DNA of 64,000 nucleotides from an uncultured virus (IMG/VR IMGVR_UViG_2061766007_000275) (Duplodnaviria; Heunggongvirae; Uroviricota; Caudoviricetes): IMG/VR virus record IMGVR_UViG_2061766007_000275; one strand, 5' to 3'. Shown piece by piece: positions 9,442 to 17,792 of this stretch (position 1 is its first letter; each line of letters starts with the position of its first letter). The notes under the pieces were generated by a model. It saw only the letters and a program-made list of their open reading frames with translations, ran no database searches and was not told where the DNA came from. The position numbers and the translations under genes were made by a program.

Positions 9442-9639
9442 TTATACCCATGCTAAAAACTTATCTACCTTATCGTTGTAAACCTTAACTTCATCTTCAG
9501 TAAGCAGCCTCTTAGATACGATTTTGCCCATCTCTTGCTTTTCAACTTTGGTGAGATGCTTTACGAAGAACTGCTTATCCTCTGTAGTTCCGGTGTACTT
9601 GCTTCCATCTTCAAATGTGTATTCGAATGTTTTTGCCAT
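9442..9639 (-). CDS. Hypothetical early protein
   Basis: First ORF after the leftward promoter; RBS GGAGG. Confidence 0.5.
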   Translation of the reverse strand: MAKTFEYTFEDGSKYTGTTEDKQFFVKHLTKVEKQEMGKIVSKRLLTEDEVKVYNDKVDKFLAWV

Positions 9640-9642
9640 ATC

Positions 9643-9800
9643 TGTAACCCTCCTTGTAACTTGTTACGTGTAGTGTAACTCATAAAGTTACATTTGTCAA
9701 CAGTTTTTTTCATATTTTTTTACATTTTCCGAATATTACTTGATATATCGTGCCAAATGGAGTATAGTAAAAACTGCGGTAGTATCGCTATAAGTTACAA
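9643..9800. promoter_or_regulatory. Lysis/lysogeny switch: divergent promoters with TGTAAC/GTTACA operators
   Basis: Minus TTGACA-N17-TACACT (9700-9672); plus TTGATA-N17-TATAGT (9740-9768); palindrome TGTAAC-N7-GTTACA 9674-9692; more half-sites here and at 8922-8968. Confidence 0.7.
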
Positions 9801-9818
9801 GAAAGGAGGTCCTAAAAA

Positions 9819-10199
9819 ATGAGTAAAGTAATGGGTAAGAGAATACGCGAAAAAAGAATAGAATATGGTATGTCCGTAGAGGATCTGGCCAAAAAATTAG
9901 GTGTATCTCGTCAGACCATATATCGTTGGGAAAAAGGTGAAGTCAAAGTTCCTGATCGTGATTATATTACCCGGATGGCAGGATGGTGGCATTGTGAACC
10001 AAATTGGCTTATGCATATGGAAGATGCTGATGTTACCGCTACATATCAAGCTGAAGGTCGTGAACCGGTAACCGTCCGCATTAATAATGATCCCATTATG
10101 GGTGCCGCCAGTCTACGAGCACAGCTCTATCAGGCAGCAGTAGATGTGAAGTCGGAAAACCTCAAAGTTGCTATCGAACTATTAAAAACATTATCATAA
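9819..10199 (+). CDS. CI-like XRE repressor
   Basis: IREKR..SVEDLAKKLGVSRQTIYRWEKG; divergent from cro. Confidence 0.85.
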   Translation: MSKVMGKRIREKRIEYGMSVEDLAKKLGVSRQTIYRWEKGEVKVPDRDYITRMAGWWHCEPNWLMHMEDADVTATYQAEGREPVTVRINNDPIMGAASLRAQLYQAAVDVKSENLKVAIELLKTLS

Positions 10200-10211
10200 A
10201 GGAGGATAATC

Positions 10212-10775
10212 ATGAGCAAAAAAACAAAAATTATAATAGGAGTAGTCATAGCTGTACTAATTATCGGTGGATATGGCACCTATTTAAACAAAAACAAAGA
10301 ATCTGATACTACTTCTTCTAATCAAACCGCCGAATCAACCACGCCAACGGCAAAACCTACTGACACGCCTACCCCTGAGCCAACCACTGCACCTACAGAC
10401 ACACCAACACCGGATGCACAAACAAGCGAAGCAAACTTCCTTAAGTTTGTAAATAAATCGCTTAAGGAGTCAACCTTTAAAGATAATTACAAAATCACAA
10501 CCGATGATGGTTCCATCGTGCTCTCTGTATGGCATGAAGGTGTTACTGCTGAAATAGTTGCTATGCAAATGACAGCTAATGATGAAGCCCGTAAAGTTTA
10601 CGAAGATATGAAAACTGAAATGGGTACACTGGCAACAAACATGTATAATGCCGCCAGAACCTACCATGTTAATGACAAAAACATTGGACTATATGTACTA
10701 AATGATAAAAATCTTGATAACGTCCTCTTAGGATGGAAAAATGGTGAGTTATTCTACGAGGCAATAAACGAATGA
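10212..10775 (+). CDS. Membrane-anchored protein with Pro/Thr linker, possible superinfection exclusion
   Basis: N-terminal TM, PTDTPTP repeats, lies between cI and int. Confidence 0.55.
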   Translation: MSKKTKIIIGVVIAVLIIGGYGTYLNKNKESDTTSSNQTAESTTPTAKPTDTPTPEPTTAPTDTPTPDAQTSEANFLKFVNKSLKESTFKDNYKITTDDGSIVLSVWHEGVTAEIVAMQMTANDEARKVYEDMKTEMGTLATNMYNAARTYHVNDKNIGLYVLNDKNLDNVLLGWKNGELFYEAINE

Positions 10776-11839
10776 AAAAGAAAAAAGGAACGAATGTCTA
10801 CGAGAAAAAGGTCACGCTCGGCAGGGATATTAACGGAACCCCGATCAGGAAGTCCATCACCGGACGGACCATAGCCGAGCTGAACCAGAGAATCGAAGAT
10901 GCAAAGCAGAAATGGATGGAGATGAACTCTGTGACGGATGGAGTATTGTTCTCAACATACGCTCGCAGGTGGTTCAATACAAATAAGGCCGTGCGGTCAA
11001 TGAACACCAGGTTCATGTATGAGAATATAATCGAAAAACATCTCATACCGGAAATAGGTGACAGGTACTTCTCCGAGATCCTGCTCTCCGACCTGCAGAT
11101 GATAATAAACAAACGGTCTGATCATTACAACACTTGCTCTAAGATAAAGCTCACGTTAAAGCAGATATACGAATCAGCCATAGATGATGAGATAGCAAAA
11201 GACATCAAAGTAAAGAACCTCGTCCTGCCACCGAAAACGTATGTGGAGAAAAGACCGCTCACCCAGGATGAGATAACCGCCGTGCTGACTGCAGATCTGC
11301 CCGATGAGCAAAAGATGTTCGTCCATGCCCTTTATTACCTCGGTATCCGCAGGGAAGAAGCCCTCGCCCTGGAAGTGTCTGATATAGATCTTGCAAATTC
11401 TACGATAAGTATTAATAAAGTAATCGTATTCGACAAAAATACCCCTGTGCTGAAGCGCACAACCAAATCATACGCAGGAACGCGCATATTGCCCATTCCT
11501 GCTGATTTTATATCAGAATTGAGAGAATATACTCCCAAATGTCAAAAGCTCCTATTTGGCCAGCCTACGCATCCACAGGATTATATAACACAATCATCGT
11601 ATACAAAATTCTGGCAATCAATTATAAGACAGATGAATACACCTGATCTGACCGCCCACGTGTTCAGACACAACTATGTCACTATGTTACATTATGCCGG
11701 GATAACTCCCAAAAAGGCCGCCCAGCTTCTCGGGGATAGCAGCATAGAGATGATCATGCGGATATATACCCATCTGGACGAACAAAAAGAAAATACTCTG
11801 GAAAAAATCAATGATATGTTCAAAAAGCCCTCGACCTGA
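10772..11839 (+). CDS. int: Tyrosine integrase
   Basis: LGIRREE, TTKS, HVFRHNY, LLGD, IYTH. Confidence 0.95.
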   Translation: MKKKKGTNVYEKKVTLGRDINGTPIRKSITGRTIAELNQRIEDAKQKWMEMNSVTDGVLFSTYARRWFNTNKAVRSMNTRFMYENIIEKHLIPEIGDRYFSEILLSDLQMIINKRSDHYNTCSKIKLTLKQIYESAIDDEIAKDIKVKNLVLPPKTYVEKRPLTQDEITAVLTADLPDEQKMFVHALYYLGIRREEALALEVSDIDLANSTISINKVIVFDKNTPVLKRTTKSYAGTRILPIPADFISELREYTPKCQKLLFGQPTHPQDYITQSSYTKFWQSIIRQMNTPDLTAHVFRHNYVTMLHYAGITPKKAAQLLGDSSIEMIMRIYTHLDEQKENTLEKINDMFKKPST

Positions 11840-11855
11840 TCCGAGAGCTTTTTTC

Positions 11856-12131
11856 TTCGACATTTTTTCGACACTTCTGTTTTCCGGCCATTAAAGAATC
11901 ACGGTTTTAAGCCACTTTCCAAACACCATCTTCGACACTAAGATTGTCGCATTTTGACGCATTTTGTCGCATTTTTGAGAAATAAAGAAAGCCCCGAAAC
12001 ACCGATGTTTCAAGGCTTTTCCTTGTTTGAGCCACTCGGGACTCGAACCCGAGACAACTTGATTAAAAGTCACGCCAATTCGCCCTTGATCCCTGATTTT
12101 ATTCAGGCGTCCGGCAACTCTCCGGCAACTC
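11856..12131. repeat. attP accessory repeats (arm-type/Xis sites)
   Basis: TTCGACA at 11856, 11867, 11931; TTG(T/A)CGCATT x3 at 11944-11973; TCCGGCAACTC x2 at 12110-12131. Confidence 0.6.
12028..12072 (-). other. attP core: 3' half of tRNA-Lys(UUU)
   Basis: Minus strand TGACTTTTAATCAAGTTGTCTCGGGTTCGAGTCCCGAGTGGCTCA = anticodon loop, T-arm, acceptor 3' strand; no D-arm or 5' half. Confidence 0.88.
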
Positions 12132-12321
12132 AAAGACAAACAAATATAATCATATTTAGCCTAAAACACCAATCAAAGATTATCATTTTCGGCATTATTT
12201 GTCAAACAAACATTTGTTTTTATTTTTTCCGTATTTTCTTCGATGCGCTTCCAAAGATTGTCTTCCATAAGTACCGGATCCAGTTCCCATGATGCTTCCA
12301 GAGCCGTGATCATAGCGTCTC

Positions 12322-12636
12322 TCATCGCCTGCGCCTTTCGGGATAAGCGTCATCTTCTGCGTATCCGTTTCGCGCTTCCATTTCATATCTGCCCTCGGCA
12401 TATCTTCCCATACTGTCCCTGTTTGCATAAGGTCCGTGCCCTCTTGCATATGACATCCCATCGTAGTGATAGCCCTCACCCTCAGGATATTCGTCCATTG
12501 CTTCAATGGTTTTCAAAGATTTTATAGTATGCGCCATCTTGTCAAGCATATCCAGAGACGTTCCGGTCAGATCTCTTCCGGAGATGTCTTCAATTTCTCT
12601 GTCGAGCTTTTTTATCAATTTAGTATATTTTCCCAT
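12322..12636 (-). CDS. Cassette gene 8: Tyr/Arg/Gly-rich protein
   Basis: Helical N-terminus then SYARG..NRDSMGRY; RBS. Confidence 0.7.
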   Translation of the reverse strand: MGKYTKLIKKLDREIEDISGRDLTGTSLDMLDKMAHTIKSLKTIEAMDEYPEGEGYHYDGMSYARGHGPYANRDSMGRYAEGRYEMEARNGYAEDDAYPERRRR

Positions 12637-12649
12637 GTTCTATCTCCTT

Positions 12650-13105
12650 TCATGCGATTCTGTTTATAACAAGGTTTGCGTTCTGGACTTCAATAACTGG
12701 AGCCGGTGTTTCTGCCGGATCGTCCTGTCCGCTGACATATTCGACTGATAACGAGAAGCAGCAGCCTTTAGGTACCTTTATGATTGCGGTCGAAGTTACG
12801 TTTCCGTATTCGTCTGCCGCTGCAGGTACGAAGAGCGCTCTTGATGTCAGTCTCGGTTCTCCATTTACTGTCACGGCTACAGCTATCGGTCCGACGGTTC
12901 CGTCTTCAGGAATTGCTATATTGCCGTTGAAAGTCACCTGATATGTCGCGAAGCACTGGCCGTTAGTGATTCCGCGCAGAATAAAAATCCCTGTCTCGTC
13001 CTCATGATATACATATCCTTTTGTGCAAGGGATAGAAGCGTTAAAAATGATCGGCGCGTTGAGTGCTACGTTCTGCACCGGATTTGCTAAATATTCTGCT
13101 GCCAT
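12650..13105 (-). CDS. Cassette gene 7: beta-sandwich protein, BclA C-terminal-like
   Basis: All-beta pattern, GIFILRG, YQVTFNGNIAIP, NANLVINRIA end. Confidence 0.55.
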   Translation of the reverse strand: MAAEYLANPVQNVALNAPIIFNASIPCTKGYVYHEDETGIFILRGITNGQCFATYQVTFNGNIAIPEDGTVGPIAVAVTVNGEPRLTSRALFVPAAADEYGNVTSTAIIKVPKGCCFSLSVEYVSGQDDPAETPAPVIEVQNANLVINRIA

Positions 13106-13117
13106 GTCCGTCCCTCC

Positions 13118-13984
13118 TTATGCTCCACATCCACAGCCGCAGCCGGTCGTCTGGCCGTTGCATGTAAATATAGGTGTGCGTCCGTAAACGGGCGTTGAAG
13201 GTACCGGACAATTGCTCAGCCTATTATAAAGCTGGTCTACTTCGTCGCTAAAGCCTTTTGCTATAAACGCATTCTGAGCAGTCTGTGATTCCCTTAACGT
13301 TGCCATGTTGAGCTGGCTTCTGAGGTTATCATTCTCGCGCTTATATCCATCAAGTTCTAAAGCACAAAGCTTATCAAGGATCATCTGGCTGTTCCTGTTC
13401 TGGCTGTCGATGATGTCTCTTGTATTGTTCGCTTCAGCAAATCTTGTAGCGTTTCCCTCGTTCTGTACGATGTTCTGTGTCTGGCAGGTTGCGAGTCTGT
13501 TATCGCAGCAGCATTGTGCGAGCTGGCTTGATAATCCGCTTATTGCCTGCGTGTTCGCTGTCTGAGCTGCGAAGCTTCTTTCAAGGTCTGCGATCTGGTT
13601 CGAGTACATCTGCGCTGCAATTGCATTTTGTGCTCCATTGATGCTTGCGTTTACCCCTGCAAAGCCGCCGCAGAGAGCAGTCTGTACGTCTCCGAATCCG
13701 CTTGTGATGCCATTCTGGATTCCCTGAATGTTTCCGTTGATCATCTGGTCGCGGAAGCCTCCGTTTATGTTCTGGCTATTGTTAAGCCATGGATAAAGTC
13801 CAAAGCCCCCATCCATCATTGCTGCTCCCATTCCGCCAAAGCCACCAAAACCGCCCCATCCGTTGTTAAAGCAAAGCAATAAAAGGATAAGCCACCATCC
13901 ATCTCCGCCAAAACCGCCGAAGCCGCCGCCCATATTGCCGCCAAAAGGTGCCACAGGCATTACCATGTTGTTCTGATCTGTCAT
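13118..13984 (-). CDS. Cassette gene 6: Gly-rich/TM, coiled-coil CCCD protein with GCGCGC tail
   Basis: GGFGG repeats flanking WWLILLLLCF; LAQCCCDNR; C-terminal GCGCGCGA. Confidence 0.85.
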   Translation of the reverse strand: MTDQNNMVMPVAPFGGNMGGGFGGFGGDGWWLILLLLCFNNGWGGFGGFGGMGAAMMDGGFGLYPWLNNSQNINGGFRDQMINGNIQGIQNGITSGFGDVQTALCGGFAGVNASINGAQNAIAAQMYSNQIADLERSFAAQTANTQAISGLSSQLAQCCCDNRLATCQTQNIVQNEGNATRFAEANNTRDIIDSQNRNSQMILDKLCALELDGYKRENDNLRSQLNMATLRESQTAQNAFIAKGFSDEVDQLYNRLSNCPVPSTPVYGRTPIFTCNGQTTGCGCGCGA

Positions 13985-13990
13985 TGTTTT

Positions 13991-14065
13991 TTCCTCCTAT
14001 AAGTTTTTTAGGTTAGGGGCTGCCACTCCTTTTCTGGCAGTCCGTTTATATAAAGCGTTGAGCTT
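13991..14065 (-). promoter_or_regulatory. Conserved structured leader of the CCCD gene (copy 1)
   Basis: Nearly identical to 35861-35935; CTGCCA-N9-TGGCAG stem. Confidence 0.6.
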
Positions 14066-14280
14066 TATTTCTGATTAAAGAATGGTTTAAACTGAGGCTG
14101 TCTGCTTTGTTGCATGCTGTTGTTCAGCTGATTCTGTGTGATCTGATCAGAATCTAATAGGTACTGCGCTATCTCCTGCCCATTGTTTGATTTCTGAAGT
14201 TCCGGTGGGATGTTATAACATTTTGAGATTATAGCCATCGGGTTTTTCCTTGCCTGCATTATCATTTGAAATAAACTCAT
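14065..14280 (-). CDS. Cassette gene 5: small Gln/Asn-rich helical protein
   Basis: NPMAII..IP..QYLLDS.QITQ.QLN; homologue at 35935. Confidence 0.75.
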   Translation of the reverse strand: MSLFQMIMQARKNPMAIISKCYNIPPELQKSNNGQEIAQYLLDSDQITQNQLNNSMQQSRQPQFKPFFNQK

Positions 14281-14702
14281 GTTCCCAGCTCCCTTCTTAA
14301 TTTGTCAAATTTGCCTTTAAGATCTTCTATGTCTTCACACAGCGCCTCATATTCGGCTTTTGTAACAAAGTTTGATGTTTTATCTTGTTTATCTTCTAAA
14401 AGCCCTGAATCTGCCCTCTGCGTGCTCTGATCATTCTCTTTCAAAATTCTGTATTTTTCAAATATCGGGGAGTCGAGCTGTCCCATGCCTAAAGTCTTTA
14501 TATAAATATATGGTTTGTTTTCATCCCTGAATGTTGTAGACGTTCCCCGCTGCACTGGGAAATTTCTTGCATCCTCTTCACTTGGTATCGGCACAAATCC
14601 GCCCGCCTGCTGCATCGGCTGAGGCAGTCCTTGCTGAACATATCCCGGATTATAATTCGGGTTATAGTTTGGGTTATACATAAACGGGTTATAATAAGCC
14701 AT
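14277..14702 (-). CDS. Cassette gene 4: Tyr/Asn/Pro-rich N-terminus, C-terminal coiled coil
   Basis: MAYYNP, PSEEDARNFP, FRDENKPYIYIK; homologue at 36135. Confidence 0.75.
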   Translation of the reverse strand: MAYYNPFMYNPNYNPNYNPGYVQQGLPQPMQQAGGFVPIPSEEDARNFPVQRGTSTTFRDENKPYIYIKTLGMGQLDSPIFEKYRILKENDQSTQRADSGLLEDKQDKTSNFVTKAEYEALCEDIEDLKGKFDKLRRELGT

Positions 14703-15079
14703 TATTTTCGCCTCCAGTATATTATGGGGACTTCGTCTCCTGAGTCCCATGTGTCGTAATAATTGCCATCAATTGCAGTTACCATATGCGAGCCGGTGCT
14801 TAAAACATATGTTCCTCTGGGATGGTCGTCGCAAAAATCCCAGATTGTATAGCAAGCCGGACATGTGTTTGGAATCGCCTCCCGAACAAATCCGTTTTTT
14901 ATTAATATGTTGTTAATTGTCGCAGTCGAGTTCTCCATGTCTCCGATCGGCTTTCCGAATTTATACTGCAAATCATAAGCCGAGTCCCAGTCTATATCCA
15001 AAGCAATCGCCAGCGCTCTGGTTGAGCAATCCCCGACATGCTTCCCCCTGGGGTTTGGGTTCATATATATATAAGCCAT
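14702..15079 (-). CDS. Cassette gene 3: putative papain/C39-like Cys enzyme
   Basis: NPNP..GDC..RA, GSH, YDTWDS conserved with the 36544 copy. Confidence 0.65.
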   Translation of the reverse strand: MAYIYMNPNPRGKHVGDCSTRALAIALDIDWDSAYDLQYKFGKPIGDMENSTATINNILIKNGFVREAIPNTCPACYTIWDFCDDHPRGTYVLSTGSHMVTAIDGNYYDTWDSGDEVPIIYWRRK

Positions 15080-15203
15080 CGGGTATCCCTCCTTTGTTAT
15101 CTATATTTTGACATAAAAAAAGAACCCCGGCTTGCAGGATTCTTTTTAAAAAATACTAACAAAATCATTGTATATCTGTTAAAAAAACACAGAAAAAGTG
15201 TAA

Positions 15204-15461
15204 TTAAATCGCATCCGCTTTGTCGTCCCAGTATTCCACATCGTTGTCCGTAATGGCAGCAGTTACGAATGGAAGCTTCGAGATCATCGTTACTCCGTCC
15301 CCGAACTTAAAGCGTGGGATATTTACTTCATTGTCTGTCCTATAATCTGTTACGGCATACCATTTATTTTTAACAGATACTTTGTCGGGCATCTCTGCCC
15401 ACTCTTTTGTCGTGTGGCTCTCCGGAATAAGCGGACAGTTTTCACAAAATTCATGGCACAT
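15204..15461 (-). CDS. Cassette gene 2: 85-aa protein with KFGDGVT..LPF motif
   Basis: 80/85 identical to the 37055 copy. Confidence 0.75.
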   Translation of the reverse strand: MCHEFCENCPLIPESHTTKEWAEMPDKVSVKNKWYAVTDYRTDNEVNIPRFKFGDGVTMISKLPFVTAAITDNDVEYWDDKADAI

Positions 15462-15465
15462 GTCT

Positions 15466-15678
15466 TTATACCTCCCAATTCAAAACCTTTGTAATTTTTG
15501 TACGGACCCGGCGCATGATTACTGATATGGTGCTCTCTGAAACATTCAGCTCCATAGACAACTTTGTGTTTGTCCAATCTTTCGCCTTCAGGTCAAAGCA
15601 GCGCCGTTCGATATCTGTAAAATTGCATTCTTTCCGGAATTTCTCCAGTTCTGGTTTTGTAAAGTCGCATATCTTCAT
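15466..15678 (-). CDS. Cassette gene 1: LuxR/sigma-4-like HTH regulator
   Basis: NFTDIE..F.L....TNTKLSMELNVSESTI....RRVRTKI. Confidence 0.75.
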   Translation of the reverse strand: MKICDFTKPELEKFRKECNFTDIERRCFDLKAKDWTNTKLSMELNVSESTISVIMRRVRTKITKVLNWEV

Positions 15679-15965
15679 TTGGCCATCCTTTCCAGATCAT
15701 CGATTCTGTGATTTGCCACGGATATTTTTTCCTCAAGCACCGGCATCCGTCGGGCGAAATTGTTATGTTCCCGGACTTCCCGTGTGAGCTCCTGGATCTT
15801 TGTATCCGTCACCGCCTGCGCCTGCGTTAAGTCCGCTTTGATGCTTATCTGTTGCAGCTCCATCTGGTGGAGCATTTTATCGTTGTTTGCCTTGTTAGTT
15901 ATGATCACCGCTAACAGAGAGCCTATAGCTGTTATAAGTGTTCCGGCTAATCCTATCCATTCCAT
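15675..15965 (-). CDS. TM plus coiled-coil lysis-region protein
   Basis: N-terminal TM, VREHNNFARRMPV, ANHRIDDLE; homologue at 37525. Confidence 0.65.
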   Translation of the reverse strand: MEWIGLAGTLITAIGSLLAVIITNKANNDKMLHQMELQQISIKADLTQAQAVTDTKIQELTREVREHNNFARRMPVLEEKISVANHRIDDLERMAK

Positions 15966-15966
15966 T

Positions 15967-16725
15967 TTATCCCTCCCACCAAAATCCGAGAGCTTCAGCG
16001 GTTTTTCTTCCAACTATCCCGTCAGGCGTCAACTTCTTTTTTGCCTGGAAGCGTACAACCTCGGCAGTAGTATTCGGTCCATATTCTCCATCTATATCAA
16101 GTTTGCTCTTCATAACCTTGTTAAGCCTTTTTTGCACATGTTTGATATCCTCCCCGCTCATGAGCGCCTTCCCTTCCTGATAACGGAGTTCTCTGCTGAT
16201 GATATACTGGACTTTAACAACTACCGCAGAATGACCGATTTTGAAAAGGATGTCGCCCACCTTGAGCTTCTGATCTGAATCAATATAGCTCTTTTGATCG
16301 TAGGTTTTGAACTGTCCGGTCTTCTCGATAAGCTGCTTTTCATTTCCTGTATACATATCCGGATTTATTGGGATTCCTGCCCCGATTATGCATTCAGCTG
16401 TCGCCTGACTGCAGTCTGTATCGCAGTCAACTGTTATCTTCTTGAAATCATAGTTAACCTTTTTTGCTTCCTTTTCAAGTGTCAGCCTTCGGTCCTGGTT
16501 ATATCCGATATGAGGATTTTCTACAAGTTCGATCATATTCTGGGCGATTTTCTTTCTTATATCTTTATCTTTTGCCCGGAATACATCCTGCCAGCCTTTT
16601 CCATTGCTGCCGGTCTTATACCATGCCTGGAAGCGTCCTTCTTTACCTGTCTGATCTCCGGGCTTGCCTCCTCTGGCACGCCCATTTTCGTCGCTTACAA
16701 AATGCCCTATTGTTACATGATTCAT
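15967..16725 (-). CDS. Endolysin (Cys/His amidase-like domain plus peptidoglycan-binding domain)
   Basis: IGYNQ..DCS..GDIL..GHSAVV; DGEYGPNT..FQ..DGIVG. Confidence 0.85.
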   Translation of the reverse strand: MNHVTIGHFVSDENGRARGGKPGDQTGKEGRFQAWYKTGSNGKGWQDVFRAKDKDIRKKIAQNMIELVENPHIGYNQDRRLTLEKEAKKVNYDFKKITVDCDTDCSQATAECIIGAGIPINPDMYTGNEKQLIEKTGQFKTYDQKSYIDSDQKLKVGDILFKIGHSAVVVKVQYIISRELRYQEGKALMSGEDIKHVQKRLNKVMKSKLDIDGEYGPNTTAEVVRFQAKKKLTPDGIVGRKTAEALGFWWEG

Positions 16726-16726
16726 G

Positions 16727-16837
16727 CTATTTCCTCCTTCTTTTAGTTTCATCAATAATCTCGGCAAGCTTCACAGCTCCCAGGATTGCAAGCATCCCGA
16801 TAAAAGCTATGAAGATGCCGAGAATCAGATCACTCAT
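16727..16837 (-). CDS. 36-aa single-TM peptide between holin and lysin
   Basis: Manual translation MSDLILGIFIAFIGMLAILGAVKLAEIIDETKRRRK; RBS present. Confidence 0.5.
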   Translation of the reverse strand: MSDLILGIFIAFIGMLAILGAVKLAEIIDETKRRRK

Positions 16838-17054
16838 TCGTGCCGCCTTTGCCCTTCTTGTAGTTCATGGAGCTGACACCGATAAGAGTACCGATAAGAG
16901 TACCAACTGCCGAGATAATGGTAACAACCACGTTCACGGTTTTAGGGTCTACGTCAAGGACTCCGAGAACTACGCTCAAAAAGGTTACGATTGCCGGTAT
17001 GCAGATTAAGGCTATCCACTTGAGGACATCATAAATGCGATTTGGTATTTTCAT
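16830..17054 (-). CDS. Holin (Dp-1-like)
   Basis: YDVLKWIALICIPA..GTLIGVSS..Y; two TMs. Confidence 0.8.
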   Translation of the reverse strand: MKIPNRIYDVLKWIALICIPAIVTFLSVVLGVLDVDPKTVNVVVTIISAVGTLIGTLIGVSSMNYKKGKGGTNE

Positions 17055-17077
17055 CTTTCTCGCTCCTTTCTAAAAAA

Positions 17078-17497
17078 TCAATCGCAATATATTATACACA
17101 CATCCATTGTTGCATCATAAACTGGACTTAAAGTTGCTTGGTCTTTTACAAAGCAAAAATACAATGACTGCGAGGGTACATATGATATGAATATCATATT
17201 GTTATAAGCCCCCGCCGAATTATCAGCAACGAAAACATTTATAATATTATGATAATCGCTCTGTGATAAATAGAATATACCCGACGCTGAATCAGTCGCT
17301 ATAGATCTGACTATCTTTTTTACAGCCGCCGCACACGTCTGCCAATATGTTGTATTAGTCGGTGTTGTGCCTGCGGGAACATTTTGCTTTGCGATATAAA
17401 GCCCTCCATTATAGCTTACAACGTCCAATACTTCATATGTGCTTGCGGAATTGTAATCTCCTTTCGTTACCATTCCAACTCTTCCGATATCTGTCAT
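17078..17497 (-). CDS. Tail fibre/receptor-binding subunit
   Basis: KGDYNSASTYEVLDVVSYNG..PTNTTYW module then an AT-rich C-terminus. Confidence 0.6.
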   Translation of the reverse strand: MTDIGRVGMVTKGDYNSASTYEVLDVVSYNGGLYIAKQNVPAGTTPTNTTYWQTCAAAVKKIVRSIATDSASGIFYLSQSDYHNIINVFVADNSAGAYNNMIFISYVPSQSLYFCFVKDQATLSPVYDATMDVCIIYCD

Positions 17498-17510
17498 TTT
17501 ATCATCCTCC

Positions 17511-17780
17511 TTATGTGTTGACCATCATGTGGCCGTTTTGTAATGTAAATGTATACGGACTCCCTGAGTACGGGGTAAAGTATATATGCCCATTTGTTGC
17601 GTCATAGCTGAAGGAGCCGACTACCGTGTTTGCCAGGGCACTGATCGCACCCGTGACAGTTCCGTCCCCCACTCCCGAGATGTCCGTGTTGCCTATTGTT
17701 GTCTTGTCTGCTTTTTTATTATCCAGTTTGTCATAAACATATTTAACACCGTTTTCATCAATCGCGTTTGTTGCCATCAT
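17511..17780 (-). CDS. Tail-fibre accessory protein
   Basis: IGNTDISGVGDGTVTGAI; N-terminus paralogous to the 17793 gene. Confidence 0.6.
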   Translation of the reverse strand: MMATNAIDENGVKYVYDKLDNKKADKTTIGNTDISGVGDGTVTGAISALANTVVGSFSYDATNGHIYFTPYSGSPYTFTLQNGHMMVNT

Positions 17781-17792
17781 CCCACCTCCTTA

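Noticed and set aside
11940..11975. CRISPR array
   Set aside because: 10-bp tandem repeats without spacers; no cas genes
12028..12072. Functional tRNA-Lys gene
   Set aside because: Only the 3' half is present; treated as attP core
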